Origin: Gaiellaceae bacterium
Lineage (GTDB): Bacteria; Actinomycetota; Thermoleophilia; Gaiellales; Gaiellaceae
Assembly: GCA_045805985.1 (NCBI GenBank)
Contig: JBJMKA010000015.1
Coordinates: 31,843-95,842 of the forward strand
Direction: 5' to 3'
Length of the DNA: 64,000 nt
The notes under the pieces: model-generated
Told to the model about the DNA's origin: nothing
What the model saw: the letters and a program-made list of their open reading frames with translations, nothing else
The model's database searches: none
Program-made: the position numbers and the translations under genes
Part shown: piece by piece, positions 57,435 through 64,000 of the stretch
How the letters are laid out: every line of letters begins with the position of its first letter
How positions within the stretch are numbered: position 1 is the first letter of the stretch

Positions 57435-58724
57435 GTGCAGAACTGGACGCTGACCGAGTTCGACTCCGGCGAACGCGTGATCTCCGAGCCGCTCGACCAC
57501 GTGCGCTCCGCCGCCGTGGGGTTTTGGATCGGCGCGGGCTCCAGGGACGAGGCGCCGGCCGAGGCAGGCGTCACGCACTTCATCGAGCATCTCCTCTTCA
57601 AGGGAACGGGTCGCTACAGCGCGGTCGAGATCGCCGAGATCTTCGACGGGCTCGGTGGCGAGCTGAACGCAGCGACCTCGCGTGAGCACACGCTCGTCTA
57701 CGCGCGCATCCCCGACCACCACCTCGAGACGGCGGTCGACGTGATGAGCGACATGGTCTTTGCGCCCGCGTTCGCGGAGCTCGACTCGGAACGTGACGTG
57801 GTGCTCGAGGAGATCGCGATGTACGACGATGCCCCGCAGGAGCTCGTGCACGACCTGATCGCGGAGGCGGTGTTCGGCGATCATCCGCTCGGGCGCCCGG
57901 TGATCGGGACCGCCGAGTCGATCTCGTCGATCTCCCGGGACGCGATTGCGCATTACCACGAGGCGATGTACATCCCTGGCAACATCGTCGTCGCGGCCGC
58001 CGGCAACCTCGAGCACGAACGCGTCGTCGAGCTCGTCCAGCGTGGTCTCGAGCGGCGCAGCCGCGTCGCAGCGACAGCGCCAAACGTACGCCCGCCGCTC
58101 GTCACCCCACCGGCGCCACGGCTGCGCTTCCACCAGAAGAACACCGAGCAGTACCACGTCTGCTTGGCCGCGCCGGGCATCTCGCGCTCCGACCGCCGCC
58201 GTTTCGCCGCCTCCATCCTCGATTCGATCCTCGGCGGCTCTGCGTCGTCTCGGCTCTTCCAGGAGATCCGCGAGAAGCGCGGGATGGCGTACGCGGTCTA
58301 CTCGTTCGTGTCGCAGTACACCGACACCGGCCAGATCGGCGTCTATCTGGGCACGCGCGAGGACAACCTCGACGAGGCGCTGAAGATCACGGCCGAGCAG
58401 ATCGCCGACATCGCGGCGGGCAATGTGCCCGCGCGCGAGCTCGAGCGCGCCAAGGAGAACCTGAAGGGGCGCATCCTGCTCTCGATGGAGTCGACGTCCG
58501 CGCGGATGAACCGTCTCGGCAAGTCGTTGATCACCGACTCCGAGCTGCTGTCGCTCGACCGCATCGTCGCGGAGATCGATGCCGTCGAGGCGTCGTCGAT
58601 CTCAGAGCTCGCCACCGCCCTGCTCGCACCCGAACGGCTGTCGGCCGCGTGCATCGGCCCGAACGACGAGCGCTTCCTGGCCGCGCTCGAGCAGATCACG
58701 CCGGGGCTGGCGCGCGCGGCGTGA
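57435..58724 (+). CDS. M16 family (pitrilysin-like) zinc peptidase
   Basis: Tail of ORF 57231..58724 from GTG 57435. Inverted zinc motif HFIEHLLFKG. Conserved position between pnp and dapB. Confidence 0.9.
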   Translation: MQNWTLTEFDSGERVISEPLDHVRSAAVGFWIGAGSRDEAPAEAGVTHFIEHLLFKGTGRYSAVEIAEIFDGLGGELNAATSREHTLVYARIPDHHLETAVDVMSDMVFAPAFAELDSERDVVLEEIAMYDDAPQELVHDLIAEAVFGDHPLGRPVIGTAESISSISRDAIAHYHEAMYIPGNIVVAAAGNLEHERVVELVQRGLERRSRVAATAPNVRPPLVTPPAPRLRFHQKNTEQYHVCLAAPGISRSDRRRFAASILDSILGGSASSRLFQEIREKRGMAYAVYSFVSQYTDTGQIGVYLGTREDNLDEALKITAEQIADIAAGNVPARELERAKENLKGRILLSMESTSARMNRLGKSLITDSELLSLDRIVAEIDAVEASSISELATALLAPERLSAACIGPNDERFLAALEQITPGLARAA

Positions 58725-59317
58725 AGATCCTCCTGAACGGCCGGAGCGGCAAGGTCGGCTCCGTGCTAGCGCCGGGGGTCGAGGCGGCGGGCCACACACT
58801 TGTGGATTCACTCGACGAGGCGGACGCGATGGTCGACTTCACCCGCCCGGACGCGGTGCTGGCGAACGTGCGCGCCGCGATCGACGCCGGTGTGCCGAGC
58901 GTGGTCGGGACGACCGGCTGGGACCCGCAGGACGTCGCCGATGCGAAGGTCGCCGTCTTCTACGCACCGAACTTCGCGATCGGGGCGGTGCTGATGATGC
59001 GGTTCGCGGCCGATGCCGCCCGATACCTCGAGCAGGCCGAGATCGTCGAGCTCCACCACGCGGCCAAGCTCGACGCGCCATCGGGCACCGCGAAGCTGAC
59101 CGCGGAGCGCATGGGCGGCGACGTGCCGATCCACTCGGTTCGGTTGCCTGGCCTCAACGCCCACCAGGAGGTGCTGCTGGGCGGCCCCGGCCAGCTGTTG
59201 ACGATCCGGCACGACGCAACGTCGCACGAGGCCTACACGCCCGGCGTCCTGCTCGCACTCGAGAAGCTGCCGACCCTGCCGCCGGGCGTCACGGTCGGCC
59301 TTGACACACTTCTCTGA
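58721..59317 (+). CDS. dapB: 4-hydroxy-tetrahydrodipicolinate reductase (compact)
   Basis: Tail of ORF 58649..59317 from GTG 58721, with a GTGA overlap. Motifs VVGTTGW, APNFAIGAVL, ELHHAAKLDAPSGTA. Confidence 0.88.
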   Translation: MKILLNGRSGKVGSVLAPGVEAAGHTLVDSLDEADAMVDFTRPDAVLANVRAAIDAGVPSVVGTTGWDPQDVADAKVAVFYAPNFAIGAVLMMRFAADAARYLEQAEIVELHHAAKLDAPSGTAKLTAERMGGDVPIHSVRLPGLNAHQEVLLGGPGQLLTIRHDATSHEAYTPGVLLALEKLPTLPPGVTVGLDTLL

Positions 59318-59330
59318 GTCTCTTGCACCC

Positions 59331-59867
59331 GTGTCGCTCGTCGTCGGCGACGTCGAGCTCTCCCTGCTGCGGCCGAGCGCGCCCGAGGCCCTGATCGACG
59401 AAACGGCCTTCGAGCAGGATGAGTTCTTGCCCTACTGGGCCGAGCTCTGGCCCGCGTCGATCGCGCTCGCTACGGCGTTGCCCGAGGTGGCCGGCCTCCG
59501 TGTCGTGGAGCTCGGCTGCGGTCTCGGGCTGCCGTCGCTCGTCGCCGCGGCGCGGGGAGCGGACGTGACCGCGACCGACTGGGCGGAGGACGCCGTCGAG
59601 TTGCTGCGCGAGAACGCGGCCCGCAACGGTCTCGAGCTGCGCACGGAGGTGCGCGACTGGCGCGAGCCGTGGCCGGAGCGATTCGACCTCGCGCTCGCGG
59701 CCGACGTGCTCTACGAGCGGCGCAACGTCGAGCCGCTGCTCGAGCGGTTGCGAGAGCTCGCGCCGGTTGCCTACGTCGGCCTCGCCGGTCGGCCGTACGA
59801 GGCCGAGTTCCTCGAGAGGGCCGGCTCCGCCGTCGAAGTTGCGGACCGCGTGGTCTCGCTCGGCTGA
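59331..59867 (+). CDS. Class I SAM-dependent methyltransferase (protein-lysine MTase-like)
   Basis: ORF 59301..59867. GTG 59331 is preferred. SAM motif I VVELGCGLGLPS and DVTATDW. Confidence 0.75.
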   Translation: MSLVVGDVELSLLRPSAPEALIDETAFEQDEFLPYWAELWPASIALATALPEVAGLRVVELGCGLGLPSLVAAARGADVTATDWAEDAVELLRENAARNGLELRTEVRDWREPWPERFDLALAADVLYERRNVEPLLERLRELAPVAYVGLAGRPYEAEFLERAGSAVEVADRVVSLG

Positions 59868-60646
59868 CGCGCGAGCATCGCGGCCGCGAGAACCACGCTC
59901 GCAAACGCAATGACGCGCAACGCGCCCAGCGCACCGCCCGGCAAGCGCTCGTGGAAGAGCGCGACGCCCGCCGCGATCGGGAGCGCATTCGTCAGCAACG
60001 TCGAGGTGCCGGCGGTCGCGAGTGGCGTCCCGCGCTGAAAGCCGAGCTGCAGCACGACGAAGGCAGCGCCGTGCGCCGCGAGCACGACCGGCACGGCGAG
60101 CAACCACACACCGCCGTGCACGGCGGCCTTCGTTGCGACGTCGCCTGCGGCATAGAGCGCGCCCGCCGCGAGCCCGAGGCCGGCGCCGGACCCGCGCGCT
60201 CCGAGGAGCGCCGCGAGGATCGCGGAGCCCACGAGCCAGACGACGAGCGCCGCCGGAGAAACCGCCGTGCTCGCCGGCGCGCCGCCTGCCAGCGACACGG
60301 CAAGCAGCGCCAGCCCCGTCACGGCGACTGCGACCGCGGGCCACCGCACGGCGTGCCCTAGGCGCTGGGCCAGTGCGGCGAGGATGCCGATGCCGCCCGC
60401 GGAGGTCGCCTGCACGAGCGAGAGCGGGGCGAGCGCGAGCGCAGCAACGTAGAAGGCCCACCCGGCGAGACCGACGACGAACCCGATGCGCCACGTACGG
60501 TCGGCAAAGAGCAGCCGCAGCGAGCGAATCGGTGTGCGTCCCGACAACGCGGGCAGCTCCTGCGTGGCGGCGTGCTGTTCGAGCCAGCCCCAGTTGAGTG
60601 CGAAAGCGGAGAGCAGCGCGAGGGCAAGCCCGGCGCCGACGCTCAC
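59771..60646 (-). CDS. Multi-pass membrane protein (EamA/DMT-like?)
   Basis: ORF 59771..60955 trimmed to GTG 60646, with a GTGA overlap onto the mprF stop. About 9 hydrophobic helices. The family assignment is weak. Confidence 0.6.
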   Translation of the reverse strand: MSVGAGLALALLSAFALNWGWLEQHAATQELPALSGRTPIRSLRLLFADRTWRIGFVVGLAGWAFYVAALALAPLSLVQATSAGGIGILAALAQRLGHAVRWPAVAVAVTGLALLAVSLAGGAPASTAVSPAALVVWLVGSAILAALLGARGSGAGLGLAAGALYAAGDVATKAAVHGGVWLLAVPVVLAAHGAAFVVLQLGFQRGTPLATAGTSTLLTNALPIAAGVALFHERLPGGALGALRVIAFASVVLAAAMLARQPSETTRSATSTAEPALSRNSASYGRPARPT

Positions 60647-62739
60647 TTGCGTTCGCCTTGGAACGGCAGATACGCCTCCGCGGCGAGCGCGGCGATGCCG
60701 ATTCTCGGCAGGTCGCGGCGGCGTTCGTAGACGACGAAGCGGCGCTCCCAACGCGGGAAGAACTTGCGGTTGAAGGCGAGCAGGTTGTCGAGCTGGAAGT
60801 GGCCCTTGAGCGTTAGCAGTGCGCGGCGCTGCACCTCTTGGAGTCCTCTGAGGTCGGCCTCGGGCGCGAGCAGTGCAGCGAACGGCGCGAAGTTCAGCGA
60901 CACGCGCTCGAAGCCGTGGTAGCGCGCCCAGGTGATGGACTCGCAGATCAGCCATTCGTTGAACCCGTTCGGCGTCGTGCGCAGGCGCGGCATCGACGAC
61001 AGCGACAGCGCGGCGCCGCAGGAGATCGCGAAGTGGAGGAAGCCCGCGGGGCGTCCGTCCGGCGCGAAGCCGATCACGAACAGCGCGTCCTCGTCGCCGA
61101 GCGAGAACAGCGCATCGAGCGCCATCACGAACCCGCGCTCGGGAGTCTCGCCGCGCCAGTCGCGCGCGACCGCCTCGAGCTCGAGGCGGAGCTCGTCGTC
61201 GAGCGCGCTCGGCCTCAGGACGCGCGCGTCATACCCGGCGTGCGCGAGCCGGTGCACGGACTGGCGCACCTTGCGGATCGATCGCCCTTCGAGCGAGAAG
61301 CTCGCCGTGTCGACGATCGCCTCGTCTCCGTGGTAGAGCGAGTGGAGGCCGTGCGCGGCGTAGAGCGGCAGGCAGCCTTCGGACGCACCGAGAATCGCCA
61401 CCCGCCAGTCGCGCCGGTGCGCGTGCTCGACGAACCGGCCGATCAGCTCGTCGAGCCGGTCGCGCGGCCCGATCGGATCGCCCGAGACGATCGCGACGCC
61501 GCTCACGACGCGATAGGCGAGGAACGCGGGTTCGTCTGCGCTGAAGAAGTACGACTTGTCCGAGCGAAGCACGAACGGCGCGAGCGTGTCGATGCCCCAC
61601 GCGTGCACGAGCGCTCGCGCGACGGCACGCTCGTGCTCCTCCTGCACGACGCGATGGCGCCACGGCGCAATCCAGCCCGCGACCAGCCACAGCGTCGAGG
61701 CGATGCCGAGTAGCAACAGCGAGAGCGGGAACCAGTCGCCGAACGGGCCGACGAGGTGCGGCGAGCCGCGGAGGTTGATCGCGAGCAGGCCGTCGAGCGT
61801 CTCGCGCAGGACGAAGCGGAAGGTCAGCGGCTGATCCGCTGCCGTTTGGTTCAGCCACAGCGCAATCAGCGCGTAGAGACCGATCGCGGCGATCACCGTG
61901 AGTGCGCGCCGCGCGACAAGCGCGCGAGAGTCGGCGTCGCCCGGCCCGTCGAAGTCGTGCCGGCGCGCGATCAGCAGGACCAGGACGACGGCCGAGGCCA
62001 GCGTCCCGTCGTTGAAGCCGTGGAGGACATGGATGGTCGTCGAGAGACCGGTGACGGCGGTGGCAACCTGCCAGGCACGGTGACGGCGACGTGCGAGCCC
62101 GCGCGACGCGACGAGCATCGCCACCGCTGCGAACACACCGGAGGCTTTCGCGAGCGGCCCGACGGCGTCGGGAGTGAACCCGTGCAGGATCCCGACGTTG
62201 CGTCCCGGAAGCATGCCGTGGATCAGGTTCAGGAGCCCACCGCTCGCGACGACGGTCGCGATGACGATCGGCGCCCGGTCGACGCGACGCACTCTCGCAA
62301 GCGTGGCCGCGCCGAGTGCCACGACAGCCGCCGAGAGGTAGACGAGTTGCAGGCGCGCCGCCGTGTCGAGCGCCGTGCGCACCGGTACCTGCCGCACGAT
62401 CGCCATCGAGACGCCGACCTGCAGGTAGCTCCAGATCCCAACGCCGAGACCGAGGATCACCGCCGCGGTCAGACGTTCGATCCGGGCCCAGCGCGCATAC
62501 GCGCCGAGCAGCGACGCGGCAGCTCCCCAGACGAGGAGATACCAGAGCAGCGAGACCGAGGAGTGCCGCGAGAGCTCGTCGAGCGGTAGGGCGAGCCCGA
62601 TGCGAGGGCCTGGCAGCGCGGGGTGGAGCAGATACATCCAGCCCGTCGCGGCGACGCCGACAACGAGGACCAGCGGGAGCGCTGCCGCCCTACGCACCGC
62701 GGAGCCTCCTCGACGCGGCGAGGTACGCGTCCACCGCAC
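60643..62739 (-). CDS. mprF: MprF-like aminoacyl-phosphatidylglycerol synthase (membrane domain + DUF2156)
   Basis: About 330-aa polytopic N-terminus. C-terminal DUF2156/GNAT-like domain (FLAYRVVSGVAIVSGDPIGP ... GFERVSLNFAPF). Confidence 0.85.
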   Translation of the reverse strand: MRWTRTSPRRGGSAVRRAAALPLVLVVGVAATGWMYLLHPALPGPRIGLALPLDELSRHSSVSLLWYLLVWGAAASLLGAYARWARIERLTAAVILGLGVGIWSYLQVGVSMAIVRQVPVRTALDTAARLQLVYLSAAVVALGAATLARVRRVDRAPIVIATVVASGGLLNLIHGMLPGRNVGILHGFTPDAVGPLAKASGVFAAVAMLVASRGLARRRHRAWQVATAVTGLSTTIHVLHGFNDGTLASAVVLVLLIARRHDFDGPGDADSRALVARRALTVIAAIGLYALIALWLNQTAADQPLTFRFVLRETLDGLLAINLRGSPHLVGPFGDWFPLSLLLLGIASTLWLVAGWIAPWRHRVVQEEHERAVARALVHAWGIDTLAPFVLRSDKSYFFSADEPAFLAYRVVSGVAIVSGDPIGPRDRLDELIGRFVEHAHRRDWRVAILGASEGCLPLYAAHGLHSLYHGDEAIVDTASFSLEGRSIRKVRQSVHRLAHAGYDARVLRPSALDDELRLELEAVARDWRGETPERGFVMALDALFSLGDEDALFVIGFAPDGRPAGFLHFAISCGAALSLSSMPRLRTTPNGFNEWLICESITWARYHGFERVSLNFAPFAALLAPEADLRGLQEVQRRALLTLKGHFQLDNLLAFNRKFFPRWERRFVVYERRRDLPRIGIAALAAEAYLPFQGERK

Positions 62740-63631
62740 GGCCGCGCCAGATCGCCCAGTTGTGGCCGCCGTGCACGACGGAGTACCGGTAGGGCAGCTG
62801 CAGCTGCGCGAGCGTCCGCGCGAAGCGATCGTTCTGCTTGAGCGCGCGGTCGCCGGTCCCGCTGTAGAACCAGAAGTAGGTGTGGGAGCGACGCAGCTTC
62901 GGTGTGGCGGCGCGGATCGTCAGCTGCGGGCTGTTCCGCTTCATCAGGGTGCGGTCACGGCCGAACACCGACGCGACCCGGTCCGCCCGCTCGTAGCCCG
63001 ACCAGCTCTCGACGACGTGGAACTCGCCGGGATGGTGGATCGCGATGTTCAACGCGGCGTAACCGCCTTCGGAGAGGCCTGCGATCGCGCGGCCCCGGCC
63101 CGACCGCACCGTGCGGTAGCGCGCGTCGATTGCGTGAACGACGTCGCGCGCAACGAACGTCTCCCAGCCCTCGTGAGGACGCACGCCGTTCGCCCACTCC
63201 TTGTCGGTGAACGAGCCTGTCGACCCGAACGGCATGACGAGGATCAGCGGGCGCGCGCGGTGCAGCGCAACGAGCTCGTCCTGCACGACGCCCATGCGCA
63301 CGGTTGCGAGGAACGCCGCCGGTCGTCCCGGGAAGCCGTGGAGGAGATAGAGCACGGCGTAGCGGCGGTCGGGGTGCGCGTTGTATCCGGGCGGCAGGTA
63401 GACGTCGACCGGTTGCCGGCGGCCGCCGAGCGCCGGGCTCGCGACCGAGATTTGCACCGCCGAGCCGTGCACCTTCACGAACGCCGCGTCGCGGGGCGGA
63501 GCGAAGCCACGGTAGACCCAGTAGTTGTCGACGTAGCGGTACGCGCCGACCAGCCCGATCACGAGGAACGTTGCGAGCGCAGCTGCCACGAGCCAGCCGC
63601 CCCGTGGTGCCGGCAGCACCGAGCTGGTCAT
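62690..63631 (-). CDS. Membrane-anchored esterase (esterase D / Ag85-type alpha/beta hydrolase)
   Basis: N-terminal TM helix. YLLHGFPGRP. Nucleophile elbow GLSEGG. Overlaps the annotated mprF start by 50 nt. Confidence 0.8.
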   Translation of the reverse strand: MTSSVLPAPRGGWLVAAALATFLVIGLVGAYRYVDNYWVYRGFAPPRDAAFVKVHGSAVQISVASPALGGRRQPVDVYLPPGYNAHPDRRYAVLYLLHGFPGRPAAFLATVRMGVVQDELVALHRARPLILVMPFGSTGSFTDKEWANGVRPHEGWETFVARDVVHAIDARYRTVRSGRGRAIAGLSEGGYAALNIAIHHPGEFHVVESWSGYERADRVASVFGRDRTLMKRNSPQLTIRAATPKLRRSHTYFWFYSGTGDRALKQNDRFARTLAQLQLPYRYSVVHGGHNWAIWRGRAVDAYLAASRRLRGA

Positions 63632-63666
63632 GCTGATGTTCTAGGCCACGCGGCCTGAACAGAGGA

Positions 63667-64000
63667 TTAACGCGTCGGTGCCGCCAAGTGCCGGAGCGCG
63701 AGACGCAGCCATCCAACCCCGTGCGCCTGCCAGAGGGCGGTCGTGTGCTTACCGGCGTAGACCTCGAACAGGTGCGGGAGATGGGCAGCGTCGAGCTCGC
63801 CGTTGAGCTGGTCGTTCTCCGTGAGGAAACGGCTGTCGCCGCGCCCGACGTAGAACCCGAAGAACGTCGAGCCACCGCGGAGCGCGCTGACGAGCGTGTG
63901 CGCGTTCGCCGCCGGCCCGCGGGCGAGCGGCTGCGTCCCGGTCGGGTCGGTCGCGTGGAAGTAACCGGACCAGGACTCGATGACGGAAAACTCCTTCGTG
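63667..64000 (-). CDS. Paralogous esterase, 3' part (5' end beyond the window)
   Basis: Minus-strand frame reads ...KEFSVIESWSGYFHATDP ... FFGFYVGRGDSRF ... HTTALWQAH...PTR*. Colinear with the C-terminus of 62690..63631. TAA at 63669-63667. Confidence 0.7.
   Translation of the reverse strand, partial: TKEFSVIESWSGYFHATDPTGTQPLARGPAANAHTLVSALRGGSTFFGFYVGRGDSRFLTENDQLNGELDAAHLPHLFEVYAGKHTTALWQAHGVGWLRLALRHLAAPTR

Noticed and set aside
59771-59867. 97-nt convergent overlap of the methyltransferase and membrane-protein genes, and the 68-nt overlap at 51191-51258.
   Set aside because: These are likely passive read-through to the first available stop codon in stop-poor DNA. Neither tail shows motifs, so no functional claim is made.
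61522-61533. A fourth GAAC-N4-GTTC dyad (GAACgcggGTTC) that could be a LexA box.
   Set aside because: It lies deep inside the mprF coding region and lacks the CGAAC/GTTCG flanks. One such dyad per window is roughly what I would expect by chance from base composition.

Overview
Very high-G+C, gene-dense chromosomal core region. I call about 70 protein genes and 2 tRNAs, and I see no rRNA, CRISPR array, transposase, integrase or phage genes. Gene content and order point to an actinobacterium (whiA, gap-pgk-tpiA, mihF-gmk-rpoZ-coaBC, rimP-nusA-ylxR-infB-rbfA-nrnA-truB-ribF, rpsO-pnp-M16 peptidase-dapB). Several enzymes are compact (ArgRS, CarB, DapB), which may hint at a deep-branching lineage; that is inference only.

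Main blocks:
- uvrC ... whiA
- glycolysis genes gap-pgk-tpiA-gpmI
- ECF sigma factor convergent with a Ser/Thr-kinase operon
- argS, then glpX plus an aldolase-like gene
- tRNA-Gly, corA, tRNA-Arg
- dipeptide-epimerase/DUF1611 pair
- secreted glycoside-hydrolase-like protein plus a YneA/ChiZ-like LysM protein
- rnz and an M29 aminopeptidase
- full pyrimidine operon pyrR-pyrB-pyrC-carA-carB-pyrK-pyrD
- the translation/transcription supercluster
- an mprF-like gene with two esterases

I found no obvious defence island or biosynthetic cluster. The signals worth a second look are mostly non-coding or concern translation starts:
1. A 13-15 bp perfect palindrome GGTGTCWGACACC recurs 8 times (4830, 24576, 29562, 29610, 29626, 57290, 57340, 57394). 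It sits mainly at gene 3' ends, and when it is inside coding sequence it is always read as V-S-D-T.
2. A second dyad family, GAACCWGGTTC, has six copies that form mutually exclusive helices in the argS-glpX spacer. A sister hairpin lies after rpoZ.
3. Three GAAC-N4-GTTC (LexA/SOS-type) boxes lie within 1.5 kb. They suggest DNA-damage control of a LysM membrane protein and possibly of the adjacent secreted GH-like protein.
4. A roughly 166-nt rod-like hairpin fills the ylxP-rbfA spacer.
5. Two well-supported genes (ylxR and a lipoprotein in the kinase operon) have no ATG/GTG/TTG start.
6. An 8-bp palindrome, ATGCGCAT, holds the start codons of two divergent genes.
7. Several protein motifs are atypical: Ogt-like PVHRV, ArgRS without the HIGH histidines, a K+ channel with a degenerate filter, and a truncated CarB oligomerisation domain.

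Many long ORFs in the supplied track are antisense or out-of-frame artefacts of the high G+C content and were discarded.
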